Part shown: piece by piece, positions 63,281 to 64,000 of the stretch
Layout of the letters: each line of letters starts with the position of its first letter
Position numbering within the stretch: position 1 is the stretch's first letter
Assembly (NCBI GenBank): GCA_976551045.1
Contig: CDPCPM010000571.1
Coordinates: 682,001-746,000 of the forward strand
Source of the DNA: Glaucostegus cemiculus
Taxonomy: Eukaryota
Direction of reading: 5' to 3'
DNA length: 64,000 nt
The notes under the pieces: model-generated
The model's input: the letters and a program-made list of their open reading frames with translations, nothing else
Told to the model about the DNA's origin: nothing
Databases searched by the model: none
Made by a program: the position numbers and the translations under genes

Positions 63281-63774
63281 AATTCCTTCCTTGCTAGTGA
63301 TCCTAATAGTATAAAAAAATGAATAAAATCCTTCACTTAGCTTATCCACTCTGAAAATTTAATGAGCATCAATTGCAGGATGTCATATCCACATAACTTC
63401 CATGTGCAGTTACCTAATACACAGGATGATCCTTAGATTGGGTGATGTGGTTATAAATCACGCACAAATGTACTAAATATGCATTAACTGCAGCTTTCAG
63501 ATGAACTTTTCCTAACCTTGCGAAATCATCAAGTCTCCTCCAGGATAGAAGAGAAGAGCCCAGGATGAAGGAGTTTCCACTTTGTACCCGAGCCAGTTTT
63601 TCTAGGTAACCCTGGCGCATCCATCCCCAGCCCTCCTGCTGAATTTCAGGAGGAATTTGCAACAAGGCTTTGGGGTCTTTTCACGCCAACAGTTAGAAAT
63701 TCAACACAAGAACTGCCCTTTGGTCTTCAGAATTGCTCATCCGTCGTAAATGCAAATCAACAAAGAACTCTTGC

Positions 63775-64000
63775 CAGTGCCAGAAATCTGAGACAGAAAA
63801 GGCTGGAAAAGCTCAGCTGGTCAGGCAGCGACTGTGGGAAGCGAAGCAAGAGTTAATGTTTCAGGTCCGGGACCCGTTGTCAGAACTGAGAGAGAGGGAA
63901 AAATAAGCAAGCTAGATTTCAGTAGTAGAGAAGGGACAGATAGGTTAGGGAGAATATCTTTGAAAGGACAAGGCCAAATAGGTCAGAAACCTTGTAACTT
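63775..64000 (-). mobile_element. Penelope-like pLTR with a CpG-decayed hammerhead
   Basis: Minus strand at 63852-63886: GUU-CUGACAA-C-GGGUC(CCG)GACCU-GAAACAUU-AAC. Confidence 0.65.

Overview
This is eukaryotic DNA from a cartilaginous fish, most likely a batoid (ray or sawfish); the lineage is inferred from the repeat families I recognise, not from a search. It is intergenic or deep-intronic and dominated by retroelements. These include CR1 LINE fragments of several ages, Rex1/Babar 3' fragments, RTE, L2 and Tx1 (L1-clade) remnants, and Penelope-like element (PLE) pieces. There are also old Deu-core SINEs, three tRNA-derived V-SINE subfamilies with different 3' tails, two near-identical 398-bp solo LTRs with their own TSDs, and four minisatellites. 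I could not identify any host protein-coding gene. Most of the longer supplied ORFs are TE remnants, repeat artefacts or noise, and only weak splice-signal exon candidates remain. The most notable signal is an apparently intact minimal type I hammerhead ribozyme (minus strand, 26161-26194) inside a short fold-back Penelope-derived element, with a series of decayed copies elsewhere. Other leads are SINE tail swapping with a possibly bipartite Rex1-derived SINE, young CR1 insertions sharing a CTATC target microhomology, and a CCAAT-palindrome minisatellite. TE boundaries were read by eye and are approximate unless a TSD is given.
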